Assembly (NCBI RefSeq): GCF_018687695.1
Contig: NZ_CP061303.1
Span: 1,578,394 to 1,610,393 of the forward strand
From: Polynucleobacter sp. MG-6-Vaara-E2
GTDB taxonomy: Bacteria > Pseudomonadota > Gammaproteobacteria > Burkholderiales > Burkholderiaceae
Length of the DNA stretch: 32,000 nt
Direction of reading: 5' to 3'
Each line of letters opens with the position of its first letter. The stretch's first letter is position 1. Made by a program: the position numbers and the translations under genes. Of the stretch, positions 1 through 8,454 are shown in pieces. The notes under the pieces were generated by a model. The model searched no databases and was not told the origin of the DNA. It saw nothing but the letters and a program-made list of their open reading frames with translations.

Positions 1-466
1 TTGCCTGAATGCGAACACTGGATGGCGTAATTTGAACTACCTGACTATCTTTTCCAGAGCCCTTAGTTGGCGCTTGTACTTGTGATGAATCCATTACATC
101 TTTATTTTTTCCTGATTTACCAATAAAGAAAAAAACGGCTACAGCCAAAATAACAATGCCAATAATGATTAAACCCCAAGGTGTGCTTTTCTTTTCTGGT
201 TTAGTAGGTTTAGATTTGATCTCTTCCCTAGCCTTAGGCGCCACCTTTTTATCATCAGATTTATGAGGGCTAGCCACTATGGGGCGAGGTGCATTCGATG
301 CAACTTTTGCAGCACCACAATGCTTACAAAACTTGAAATTGCTAGGGTTTGGATAATTGCATGAGCCGCAGAACTCTTCTTGCGATAAAACCTCTAATTT
401 GCTACCGCAAGACTCACAAAATTTTGCTCCATCTTTGTTGACATGATTACAGTTTTGGCATTTCAT
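1..466 (-). CDS. Partial CDS (C-terminus runs off the window): double zinc-ribbon, single-pass membrane protein
   Basis: Absent from the ORF track because it is open to position 1. Reverse-strand ATG at 464-466 is preceded by GGGAG (474-478) with a 7-nt spacer. It reads MKCQNCNHVNKDGAKFCESCGSKL...FCGSCNYPNPSNFKFCKHCGA (two CxxC...CxxC pairs), then a Lys/Pro-rich linker, then the hydrophobic helix WGLIIIGIVILAVAVFFFIG. Confidence 0.6.
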   Translation of the reverse strand, partial: MKCQNCNHVNKDGAKFCESCGSKLEVLSQEEFCGSCNYPNPSNFKFCKHCGAAKVASNAPRPIVASPHKSDDKKVAPKAREEIKSKPTKPEKKSTPWGLIIIGIVILAVAVFFFIGKSGKNKDVMDSSQVQAPTKGSGKDSQVVQITPSSVRIQA

Positions 467-490
467 CAAGTTACTCCCAAGCAAACATCT

Positions 491-1021
491 TCATTTAAGG
501 TTTTCGCGAGCAGATTCTGAAATCAATGGATCCTCATGCATTGAAAGATCTCGTAATACTTTTTTGGGTGCCCGTCGATTTTGAGCTAGCGCAAGAACAA
601 CAAAGGGGTCACTATTTGAGGCAATGACATCTGCCAGATTTTGAATATCAACTGCTTTAAAAGCCTCAACATCTTGAGCTACAGCTACAGCCAGCTCAGG
701 ATCCCTCTTCATTATTTTTTCTATAATCTCAAGGGTCGCTATTTCCCTAAAAACAGAGTTTCTTAAGAGATTCTTTAGAACAGCAGCAGAATTATCTTCA
801 ATCAATACACGGCAAGAATCCTCGTCAATTTTGTCCTTATAGGCAACTTGCTGACGAACTTCGGCTGATGGGTGCAGAGATGCATATTTGAAAAACCTCT
901 CACTACTCGCTTTGTCTGGATAGTAGTTCGCAATGGTACTTAAGAGCTCGCAGGAAAGAAGGTCTGATAAGACCTCTTTCCCATCCTCAACCACAACCAA
1001 TCGAAACTCAAGCTTCGCCAT
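491..1021 (-). CDS. Helical-repeat (degenerate LRV/HEAT-like) protein, 176 aa; paralogue of the C-terminal domain of the upstream 629-aa protein
   Basis: ORF track. ATG lies 3 nt after the upstream TAA stop. It aligns by eye along its full length with residues ~452-629 of ORF 1025-2914 (KLxFxLVVxDGxKEV; HPxxxVRxxVAYKDKI; VLxNLxR; PKKVLxxL..H.DP). Confidence 0.7.
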   Translation of the reverse strand: MAKLEFRLVVVEDGKEVLSDLLSCELLSTIANYYPDKASSERFFKYASLHPSAEVRQQVAYKDKIDEDSCRVLIEDNSAAVLKNLLRNSVFREIATLEIIEKIMKRDPELAVAVAQDVEAFKAVDIQNLADVIASNSDPFVVLALAQNRRAPKKVLRDLSMHEDPLISESARENLK

Positions 1022-1024
1022 AAA

Positions 1025-2914
1025 TTAGTCTTCTAGACGCTTTTTAGCCTCAGAAGCCACATATGGATCAGAGTGGTTTACCAGCTCTTTAAGGACCTTT
1101 TTGGGGGTGCTGTAGTTACCAGCTAAAGAAGCAAGAATAGATGGATCTTCCATGCTGAGAATAATGGCGCATAACTTACTTGCATCAGCCTGCTGGTATG
1201 AATCAATGTCACCAGCAATATTTTGAGCAATTTCGACATCTAGGTGAATCAAACGCTCTATATCTGCTGCAGACGCATTCTCTTTAAATGCTTCAGTTCT
1301 TACCAGATTTCGCAACACAGGTATTGACTTATCAGTCATCAACAAAGACAGAATTTCTTCAGAAATCTTATCTTTATAAGCAACATTTTCTCTCACCGTA
1401 GAAGCTGGGTGCTTCGCCACCAATGCAAAAAAATCTTTACTCTCTTCTGCATCCTCATAGCTTGAGGTGATACTTGCAACGGTCTCATATGAGAGTGGCT
1501 TTGAAAATACCTCCTTGCCACCATCTTCTACCACTAACTTAAATACTAACTTTGATGACATGTTCATCTCCTTTAGGTTGATCGGTATATCTACTTTGCT
1601 ATCTTTAATACTGCCCAACTCTTCTTCATTAACACTTTCGTTGGGCATTGGCCAGGTTGTTATAAGACTCCACTCATTTGATAGAGCATGTAATACCTGC
1701 TCTACAAATCCATCCGATTGGTATTGCCAAATATTGTCGTATGTCACAGTATTTGCATTTTTCAAATACTTTTTTCCAAAATCCGATACTTGACTACCAT
1801 CATCGTTTTCTTCCCAATCGCTAAAATGACTTCGAACCCCCTGAAGTTCATATAACTTATCGAGATATTTGGCAGGCAGCTCTGTCTCATCTTTTGCTAC
1901 AAGCCCCCTGAATTTACTATCGAGACAGAAAAAACCATCGGAAGAAACGCCCCCGCCTTCGTATCCAAAATATACGCCCACGTAGTCTCCATCTACCTCC
2001 TCATATACTACGTTAGCCCTAATTCTTTGACTTTTTTCGACGGCGATGAAAAACTCATGGCCGCCATTTTCAAAAGCATCCAACTCTTCTTCATCGACGC
2101 CTTCATCGGACTTAGGCCAACTTAACTTTCTTTTTTCCCCTTTAATTTCTTGCTCAGTTGTGTGCATCTCAATACCTGTAATTGATGCACTGCCTTCAGC
2201 AGCCAATGAGGAGTAAATAAGTTTGCAATCGACTATGGCATTTTTTAGATCATTTACATTGCTATATCCATAACCTCCAATTACTTGTATATCCCCAAGC
2301 TTCAACTCCTCTGTACTACCGGCATCGAATAATTCTTCGGAGTCTTTTGAGATATTGGCTACAAATTGAACTCTAGGCATTCGGTTATTGGAAATATTTT
2401 GAACGGAAAGCTTGGCGTAAATATTGATATCGCCTTCAGAATCCGGCTCCGCACGCCAAATTGAACCGCCAATAACTAGAAGCTGATTTTCAATTTCTAG
2501 CCCTGGCAAGGACGTAATTTCGTAAGCTTCTAGAGGAACTGAGTATGAGCCTAACTCCCGCTCTTTAGGAGAGGTAGCCATCACCTTAACTAATGCTTGA
2601 TACTTTTGACGATCACCATTTAAAAGTGCTCCGGCGACCCTCCAGATAGATAGCTCTAATTCAGAGCTATCTCCAGAGGCTATACCCTCCTCCTTGGAAT
2701 TGGACTCACCAATCTGTTGCCCCGCATCATTTAAGACTACGGCACAAAGTTCCAGTGAACTCCAATCATTTTTAGTTTGATTTTCAATACTAATTTTTAG
2801 CGAAACTGTGTAGTCCCCGTACTCATCAGGACCTTCAGCGCTAAATTCTTCTATTTCTGCGCCGAAAAATGGAAGCTGAAATATAGAAGTATCGAAATTT
2901 AAAGATGAAGACAT
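1025..2914 (-). CDS. Multidomain hypothetical protein, 629 aa: two beta-rich N-terminal modules, an acidic middle domain, and a C-terminal helical-repeat domain
   Basis: Long ORF. The N-terminal ~250 aa look like an internal duplication (EFSAEGPDEYGDYTVSLKISIENQT... versus RAEPDSEGDINIYAKLSVQNIS...). The C-terminal 178 aa are paralogous to ORF 491-1021. There is an internal AAGGAG + ATG at the domain boundary (see findings). Confidence 0.8.
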   Translation of the reverse strand: MSSSLNFDTSIFQLPFFGAEIEEFSAEGPDEYGDYTVSLKISIENQTKNDWSSLELCAVVLNDAGQQIGESNSKEEGIASGDSSELELSIWRVAGALLNGDRQKYQALVKVMATSPKERELGSYSVPLEAYEITSLPGLEIENQLLVIGGSIWRAEPDSEGDINIYAKLSVQNISNNRMPRVQFVANISKDSEELFDAGSTEELKLGDIQVIGGYGYSNVNDLKNAIVDCKLIYSSLAAEGSASITGIEMHTTEQEIKGEKRKLSWPKSDEGVDEEELDAFENGGHEFFIAVEKSQRIRANVVYEEVDGDYVGVYFGYEGGGVSSDGFFCLDSKFRGLVAKDETELPAKYLDKLYELQGVRSHFSDWEENDDGSQVSDFGKKYLKNANTVTYDNIWQYQSDGFVEQVLHALSNEWSLITTWPMPNESVNEEELGSIKDSKVDIPINLKEMNMSSKLVFKLVVEDGGKEVFSKPLSYETVASITSSYEDAEESKDFFALVAKHPASTVRENVAYKDKISEEILSLLMTDKSIPVLRNLVRTEAFKENASAADIERLIHLDVEIAQNIAGDIDSYQQADASKLCAIILSMEDPSILASLAGNYSTPKKVLKELVNHSDPYVASEAKKRLED

Positions 2915-3016
2915 GATCGTTTTTATCTTAAGCTAACGTGATTAATTATTATCAAAATTAGAATAATTAAGTATTTTTTTATATAGTACTAGAGTTAAGA
3001 GTTAATCCACAAACAT

Positions 3017-4351
3017 TTAGGCTGCTATTTTCTCGGGGATAACCATATGTTTTACCAATCCATCTAGATCACTCTTTAGTAATAGACGCTTTTCTAGTAA
3101 TCCATCCTTTATAGCAAGCAAAAGTTTTTTGTTTTTGCTTAAGATCAACTTAACAGCCCTATATTGCATTTGTATGAATTTCTTAGCCTCAATTCGATAA
3201 TCCTCAGAGTGCGACTCAAAGCAACCATTCGCAACTACTAATAGGCTGTCACCGTCATACTCATTTATGCCATAGTTAGAGGAAAAGCCATTTTTAGTCA
3301 TCAAATTAAATACCTTCCAAGTTGCCTCCTTAAGATCGCTGTTAGCGCAATCTGCACCAACATTAAGCTCGCCAAGAATTAGCTCTTCGGCTACCCTACC
3401 GGCTAAATCTATTCTGATAGCAATTCGTACTTGTGAAAATGATCTAAATAAACCCCCGCGATATATATGTCTGTAATCTTGAACCATTACTCCAGCCATA
3501 TCCTTAGATGGAATAATGGACACCCAATCCGGAATATTCTCAAAACCTGATTCAGCCATTGCAACTACAGCATGACCTGCTTCATGAGCGGCAATTTGCT
3601 CGGGGTCTGGATAGTCCTGAAAACTCAAGCCCTCCCCAGTGCCATTGATTGCCACTTGAAGCACATCTTGCAGGCCTATCTTTCTCTTTTCCCTAAATGC
3701 CACTCTTTTTAAAGTCTTCTCTAACATTCCAAATCTGCGCTTACTAGCAAAATCTAAACATAGAATGCACCCCAATCTATGCTGGTCATTCAGTAAATCA
3801 TCACTCACTATGTCAGCGCTAAGTTGCTCCAAAAAATCACTTGCGTGAAAATTCGGCTTAGGCGAAGCCCAAAGAATATGGCGATCGAATTTATTTTGAT
3901 AGCGAAAAGCCTCCGCAATCTCTCCAAAAGAGCTGCAGATGCTTGTAATAACTTTTGACGTGCCGTTAATCAAATCCAACACTTCAGAAACAAGCTTCTT
4001 ATTTGATAAATCTTCTTCCGATGGATTTTCTGCTTCTAGCCATCCGCCAGACTCAATAAATATGATTGTGGGTCCATCAGCCTTACTTATTAAATCTTTA
4101 AGGGACTGAAGGCTGTCTTGCTGCACTTCAATAAACTTGGCACCTGTAATGTCGGATACCCACTTTAAAAAATCAAGATAAGCGTCCTTATCTGCAGCCT
4201 CAATCATTAGCCCATTCCCCAATAAGCCCCAGGATAGATCCTGCTTGTTAAATGGATCACATAGAGAGCTAAATTCAGTTAACCACTGTGCCAATGCTGG
4301 CTGACGCTCCCGTAATTTCAAAAACTCTATTTTTTTGGTTAAATTTTTCAT
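3017..4351 (-). CDS. Soluble FtsH-like peptidase (M41 domain intact) fused to a degenerate AAA+-like N-domain
   Basis: HEAGH zinc motif at residues 256-260 (nt 3572-3586). The surrounding sequence is FtsH-like (VSIIPSKDMAGVMV; LAGRVAEELILGE..GA..DL..AT). The N-domain keeps the AAA+ layout (TIIFIESGG where FtsH has IIFIDEID), but the Walker A position reads GLLGNGLMIEAADKD with no GK[ST]. No TM helices are visible. Confidence 0.8.
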   Translation of the reverse strand: MKNLTKKIEFLKLRERQPALAQWLTEFSSLCDPFNKQDLSWGLLGNGLMIEAADKDAYLDFLKWVSDITGAKFIEVQQDSLQSLKDLISKADGPTIIFIESGGWLEAENPSEEDLSNKKLVSEVLDLINGTSKVITSICSSFGEIAEAFRYQNKFDRHILWASPKPNFHASDFLEQLSADIVSDDLLNDQHRLGCILCLDFASKRRFGMLEKTLKRVAFREKRKIGLQDVLQVAINGTGEGLSFQDYPDPEQIAAHEAGHAVVAMAESGFENIPDWVSIIPSKDMAGVMVQDYRHIYRGGLFRSFSQVRIAIRIDLAGRVAEELILGELNVGADCANSDLKEATWKVFNLMTKNGFSSNYGINEYDGDSLLVVANGCFESHSEDYRIEAKKFIQMQYRAVKLILSKNKKLLLAIKDGLLEKRLLLKSDLDGLVKHMVIPEKIAA

Positions 4352-4363
4352 TATTAACCCTAA

Positions 4364-4684
4364 TTATTGTTTGTCGTTATAGATAGATTCACAAGAATCT
4401 TTTGTATTCATCGCGATGGTTAAGCAATCTTCCATAAACTCTTTTTTATGACCGATTGCTTGCGTCAATGCTAAGGAATCATCTGAATTTTTTGCAGCCA
4501 CCTCTAATACCGCATTGTGAGAAAAAATTGCACTCATGCAAAAGATGCCAAATACTCCAAGGGCAAGTACTTTCCAGAAATAAAACAGCACAACACCTAA
4601 GACGATTGCGGCTATAGCATAAAAAACAAATGAATCAAGGGTTGAGCTTTGAACATGTAGAACATCACTTACAAATGTATACAT
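4364..4684 (-). CDS. Small membrane protein (2 predicted TM helices), 106 aa
   Basis: ORF track. Hydrophobic stretches FVFYAIAAIVLGVVLFYFW and VLALGVFGIFCMSAIF. Purine-rich GGTGGGGA lies just upstream of the ATG. It sits 12 nt upstream of the protease gene. Confidence 0.6.
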   Translation of the reverse strand: MYTFVSDVLHVQSSTLDSFVFYAIAAIVLGVVLFYFWKVLALGVFGIFCMSAIFSHNAVLEVAAKNSDDSLALTQAIGHKKEFMEDCLTIAMNTKDSCESIYNDKQ

Positions 4685-4692
4685 ATCCCCAC

Positions 4693-4920
4693 CTATCTAT
4701 AGATATCGCAATAAACATCCACTGGAACTACAACATTCCCAAATTCAGTTCTTTGCGAGACATACTGGACTGTGGGTTTTAACTTGGCAGAGACGCATTC
4801 CCGTGCTGCCTGGATTACTTCAACGCGGCTCATCTGCTCTGGACTCTTAAACCCAACCACTTTAGGGCTGGAACATGCCGCCAATGAACCGCATAGCAAC
4901 AGGAAATAAAGGTATTTCAT
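4693..4920 (-). CDS. Small lipoprotein, 75 aa
   Basis: Signal peptide plus lipobox MKYLYFLLLCGSLAAC|SS. GGAG lies 5 nt upstream of the ATG. It is the first gene of the minus-strand operon. Confidence 0.7.
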   Translation of the reverse strand: MKYLYFLLLCGSLAACSSPKVVGFKSPEQMSRVEVIQAARECVSAKLKPTVQYVSQRTEFGNVVVPVDVYCDIYR

Positions 4921-5186
4921 ACTTACTCCTATTTGTTTATCCAGTTTTCTTTATACAGATCTACAAGCTCACACGATGAGCCCAATATGAGTTAGTCAAT
5001 TTATTTTTATAAATGAGGCTGACATTGAATTTCAATCACTATAAATTTCATCGCATCAAAAACAGATGAGAGTTATCCCCAATTGTTTTTTATAAAATTT
5101 GCAGGAATAATTCGTAATAGAAATTAATTGTTTTTTACCCCTCTGGCAGTTATATTGACAATTCACCCGTCACCTGAAAAGCTGCC

Positions 5187-6695
5187 TTGCAACTACTCTC
5201 CAAAAGCAAAATCATCTCAGGCATCCAGTGTCATAAAAAGCTCTGGCTGGAAACCCATGTCAAGCAAGATATATTGGAGTCTCATCTTTTTGCACTTGGA
5301 AATCGCTTCGGAGATTTCGCCAGAACACATTATGGTGACGGCGTTAATTTAGATGGCAAGAGTAACAAAGATGAAATTTTTAATAACACAAATTTCGCTT
5401 TATTAGATCCCAAAGTTAATGTTATCTATGAAGCTGCATTTCAATTCGAAAATGTATTAGTAAGGGTAGATGTATTAAAGCGTGACAAAGATGGCTGGGA
5501 AATGATTGAAGTCAAATCATCTAAAGAAGCCAAGCAGCATCACCTAAATGACATTGCTTCCCAAGCCTATGTAGCACTGGGATGCGGCCTCAAATTAAAT
5601 TCAATGAAGATTGCCCATATTAATAAAAATTTTCTTTATAAAGGTGATGGAGACTATTCAGGTCTGCTAGTTGAGGCGGACGTCACAAGTGAGGCAATCG
5701 AAAGACTATCGGATGTAAAGACTTGGATCAGTGATTTACTCCCCATAGTTCAACCAGATTCACCTCGGCCTACAGAAGATATGGAGGACTTAAAATGCAA
5801 AACCCCGTATCCCTGTCAATTTCTTCCGCAATGCTCTGCAGAGCTGCCTCAACTGGCGGAAGTTCCAATCAGCATTCTCCCCAATACCGGGAAAAAACTG
5901 GCTGAAAAATGGGGCAAAGAAAAAATCTATGATTTGAGAAACCTACCGGATGGAGCGCTTACAAATGAACGTCACGAAATCATCAGACAAGCGCATCAAT
6001 CGAATACTCCTTATATTAGTAAGGAGATGGTTAAAAAAGTGCGCTCACTACCAGGGCCTTACTTTTTCATGGACTTTGAAACGGTAATGCAAGGTGTCCC
6101 ACTCATTCCCAATACTAAGCCTAATGATGCAGTTCCTTTTCAATGGAGCGTTCATTCTATTAAAGACCTAGCCAATACAACGGGACTTGATGATGGAAAG
6201 GCATTCTTAGACTTTTTAAGTCCGACCTTATTTAGGGATTTTCTAATAAGCCTGATTAGTGCCCTAGGTGAGTCAGGCACTATATTTGTACACCACAAAT
6301 CAACAGAAATTAAAGCTTTACTTTATCTTGCAGCCCAAAAGCAATGTGAAGATCTTAATGAGGCTGTTGAGAAAATTATTCTCAGAATTGAAGATACGCT
6401 AGATTTAGTAAGAGATGGAATGTATTTCCCAGAGATGGGACTATCCGAAGGAAGCACTTACTCTATTAAGACTATTACCAAAGTCATTCCAACCTCGGTT
6501 GACTACCACGAAGATGGGGAACTGGGATCTGGGAACGATGCTCAACTGATTTGGTTCAAATGCACTGATTTAAAGCATAGGCTATCTGAAAGTGAAATTC
6601 AGGCATTGAAAAAAAATCTTCTCAAATATTGTGCAAAAGATACGTTAGCATTAGTTGATTTAGTTCGCTTCATTCATACACAACCAATTCATTAA
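5187..6695 (+). CDS. DUF2779-type protein: N-terminal Cas4/RecB-like PD-(D/E)xK nuclease with a 4-Cys cluster, plus a C-terminal RNase H-fold (DEDD-like) exonuclease domain
   Basis: TTG start. The N-terminus LSKSKIISGIQCHKKLWL is typical of DUF2779. Motifs: VRVDVL...EMIEVKSS (D95, E108, K110); Cys15 plus C204-x5-C210-x5-C216; second half FFMDFETV (D296/E298) and YCAKDTLALVDL. Confidence 0.8.
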   Translation: MQLLSKSKIISGIQCHKKLWLETHVKQDILESHLFALGNRFGDFARTHYGDGVNLDGKSNKDEIFNNTNFALLDPKVNVIYEAAFQFENVLVRVDVLKRDKDGWEMIEVKSSKEAKQHHLNDIASQAYVALGCGLKLNSMKIAHINKNFLYKGDGDYSGLLVEADVTSEAIERLSDVKTWISDLLPIVQPDSPRPTEDMEDLKCKTPYPCQFLPQCSAELPQLAEVPISILPNTGKKLAEKWGKEKIYDLRNLPDGALTNERHEIIRQAHQSNTPYISKEMVKKVRSLPGPYFFMDFETVMQGVPLIPNTKPNDAVPFQWSVHSIKDLANTTGLDDGKAFLDFLSPTLFRDFLISLISALGESGTIFVHHKSTEIKALLYLAAQKQCEDLNEAVEKIILRIEDTLDLVRDGMYFPEMGLSEGSTYSIKTITKVIPTSVDYHEDGELGSGNDAQLIWFKCTDLKHRLSESEIQALKKNLLKYCAKDTLALVDLVRFIHTQPIH

Positions 6696-6705
6696 AAGAG
6701 TCAAT

Positions 6706-7329
6706 ATGCCCAAGTCAAATGCCGCCCCCGACATATCGAAATATATCTTCTTAGATGATGATGCGATTAGATTCGTCGTTTATAGAATTGATCTTGTGCC
6801 AACAAAAGATCTTTATACAAACTTAGAAGCAATGGTCGGCAAAGAAGCAGCTGAAGTTGAATATCAAGCCGTGATTGATGAAGATGCCCCTCCTCCGTCA
6901 TTTGTAGTTGGAATGGGGTCAACTGGCGGTGGGATTTACGATACAGTTTATGCACTTATGTACGCAGAGCAAACATGCTTCATCGGTAATGATATTTCTC
7001 TGGGCGGGGAAAAATCTGTTTTATATAGCGCAGCTGGTTATAGCTACACAAGTAGTAAAGAGCCCGAAATTGAAGATGATGAGATCATTTTGAATATTGA
7101 TCCACAAAATGAAAAAATTATTCAAGTAATTATTGATTCATTCAATGCAAACTTTGCACTAGACTCTACTGACGATGATGATGAATTTATTCAACCTATT
7201 GTTGACCTAGGAAAAGTACTTAAGAAGTTTAAAAAGTTTGATAATGTTTACACATATGACTGGGATGACTTAGATGATTTATTAGGGCTATCTAAAGTAT
7301 GGCCATTCACGCTAACTTTTGAAGATTAA
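6706..7329 (+). CDS. Acidic hypothetical protein, 207 aa
   Basis: ORF track. It starts 10 nt after the preceding stop and has strongly acidic tracts (DSTDDDDEF, DWDDLDDLL). I recognise no motif. Confidence 0.65.
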   Translation: MPKSNAAPDISKYIFLDDDAIRFVVYRIDLVPTKDLYTNLEAMVGKEAAEVEYQAVIDEDAPPPSFVVGMGSTGGGIYDTVYALMYAEQTCFIGNDISLGGEKSVLYSAAGYSYTSSKEPEIEDDEIILNIDPQNEKIIQVIIDSFNANFALDSTDDDDEFIQPIVDLGKVLKKFKKFDNVYTYDWDDLDDLLGLSKVWPFTLTFED

Positions 7330-7347
7330 TAACCTGTAGGAATAATC

Positions 7348-8454
7348 ATGGCTAAAGCAAAAATTAACTTGTCAATTGCAAAGAATCCCTCTACCCCAGT
7401 TGAAATATTGAAGCTACTCGCTAAAGAAAAAGATGAGGGAGTACGTTCTGATGTAGCAAGCAATCCATCAACGCCCTTGGAAATTCTAAAGAATTTAGCT
7501 AAGGATGGGAGTGAAGATGTCATTTATAGCGTGGCTATGAACCCTAATGTAAGCGATGATCTTATAAAGATCTTAATGGGTGAAGAATATGGCAAACGAG
7601 GATTAGCTGAAAATCCACGAACTAATACTGCTACTTTAGATAAGCTCGCAAAAGATGAAAGTCACAAAATTCGCAACTTAGTCGCTAATAATCCCTCCAC
7701 AAGAATTGAAACACTAATTGAGCTATCAAAAGATGAAAGTGACTGGGTTAGATCAGGGGTTGCATCAAACCCCTGCACCCCAGAGGACATACTAATTAAA
7801 TTAGCATCAGAAAAAGATGAGGATCGAATAAGAGCTTATGTTGCCCAAAATGAGTCTGCGCCAACTGCTGCTCTAGACTTACTCATTAAAGATCCCGAAG
7901 AAAGCACAAGAGAGTACACGGCTAGACACCCCAACCTATCCGTTAGCTTAATAGCTGAATGTACCGCCAAAAAAGGAAAGGACGCCAGTCTAAAGGAATA
8001 TTCAGCCCTTAATCCTTCCTTGCCGACCGAACTCATTTTGACTTTATCTAAAGATAAAAATAGTTCCGTACGAGCTTCCATAGCTTCGAACCCATCTACG
8101 CCGCTCGAAATCCTTGAGACCTTATTGAAAGATAAAGATGAGGATGTAAGACGAAACATATGCCAGAACCCAAACGCAAATGAAGTTCTATTCAATGCCT
8201 TAGCCAAAGATAAAGAGGATTCCGTCAGATGGTTTTTGGCAATGAACAAAGAATTAGCAAGTTCTATTCTAGAAACACTATCAAAGGATGGATCGGCCAG
8301 AGTAAGGCAAAGCGTAGCAAGCCACCCAAACTCTAGCCCAGAGATTCTTGAGGCACTATCTAAAGATAAGGATGAGTCCATAAGGGATGGCGTGGCCAGC
8401 AACCCAAACACACCTATTGGAATTATTAATGAATATGCTGGACTCAAAAAATAG
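7348..8454 (+). CDS. Leucine-rich-repeat-variant (LRV)/HEAT-like repeat protein, 368 aa
   Basis: 13 full units plus 1 partial unit of ~24-26 aa, of the form NPSTPxEILxxLAKDKDEDVRxxVAS. This matches the LRV repeat consensus (PF01816-type). It starts 18 nt after the preceding stop. Confidence 0.85.
   Translation: MAKAKINLSIAKNPSTPVEILKLLAKEKDEGVRSDVASNPSTPLEILKNLAKDGSEDVIYSVAMNPNVSDDLIKILMGEEYGKRGLAENPRTNTATLDKLAKDESHKIRNLVANNPSTRIETLIELSKDESDWVRSGVASNPCTPEDILIKLASEKDEDRIRAYVAQNESAPTAALDLLIKDPEESTREYTARHPNLSVSLIAECTAKKGKDASLKEYSALNPSLPTELILTLSKDKNSSVRASIASNPSTPLEILETLLKDKDEDVRRNICQNPNANEVLFNALAKDKEDSVRWFLAMNKELASSILETLSKDGSARVRQSVASHPNSSPEILEALSKDKDESIRDGVASNPNTPIGIINEYAGLKK

Noticed and set aside
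1467-1793. Other overlapping short ORFs from the track (1467-1793, 5128-5352, 6767-6955, 6908-7093, 7326-7523, 9466-9777, 9555-9809, 10188-10385, 12884-13213, 13694-13960, 17166-17447, 19492-19743, 20312-20506, 20779-21087, 21680-21883, 22579-22776, 23476-23730, 24711-24902, 25314-25502, 26048-26290, 29805-30050, 30806-31009)
   Set aside because: Each is nested within, or antisense to, a longer ORF that has motif or SD support. Their translations are low-complexity and lack start signals.
2942-2970. Inverted repeat TTAATTATT...AATAATTAA followed by T7, between the protease gene and the 629-aa gene
   Set aside because: The stem is made only of A/T pairs and would be very weak. The T-run is on the strand opposite to the operon. 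This is probably just AT-rich spacer, possibly with an internal promoter.
7836-8447. 203-aa ORF antisense to the LRV-repeat gene
   Set aside because: It lies entirely inside the plus-strand gene, which has an unmistakable 13-14-unit repeat architecture. Its own translation is low-complexity Ser/Leu-rich, with no start context. This is a typical shadow ORF of a repeat gene.
7348-8454. The ~72-78-bp periodicity might be mistaken for a CRISPR-like array or a DNA tandem repeat
   Set aside because: The periodicity is at the protein level (LRV units). The DNA units are not identical, there are no unique spacers, and the region is one continuous ORF.
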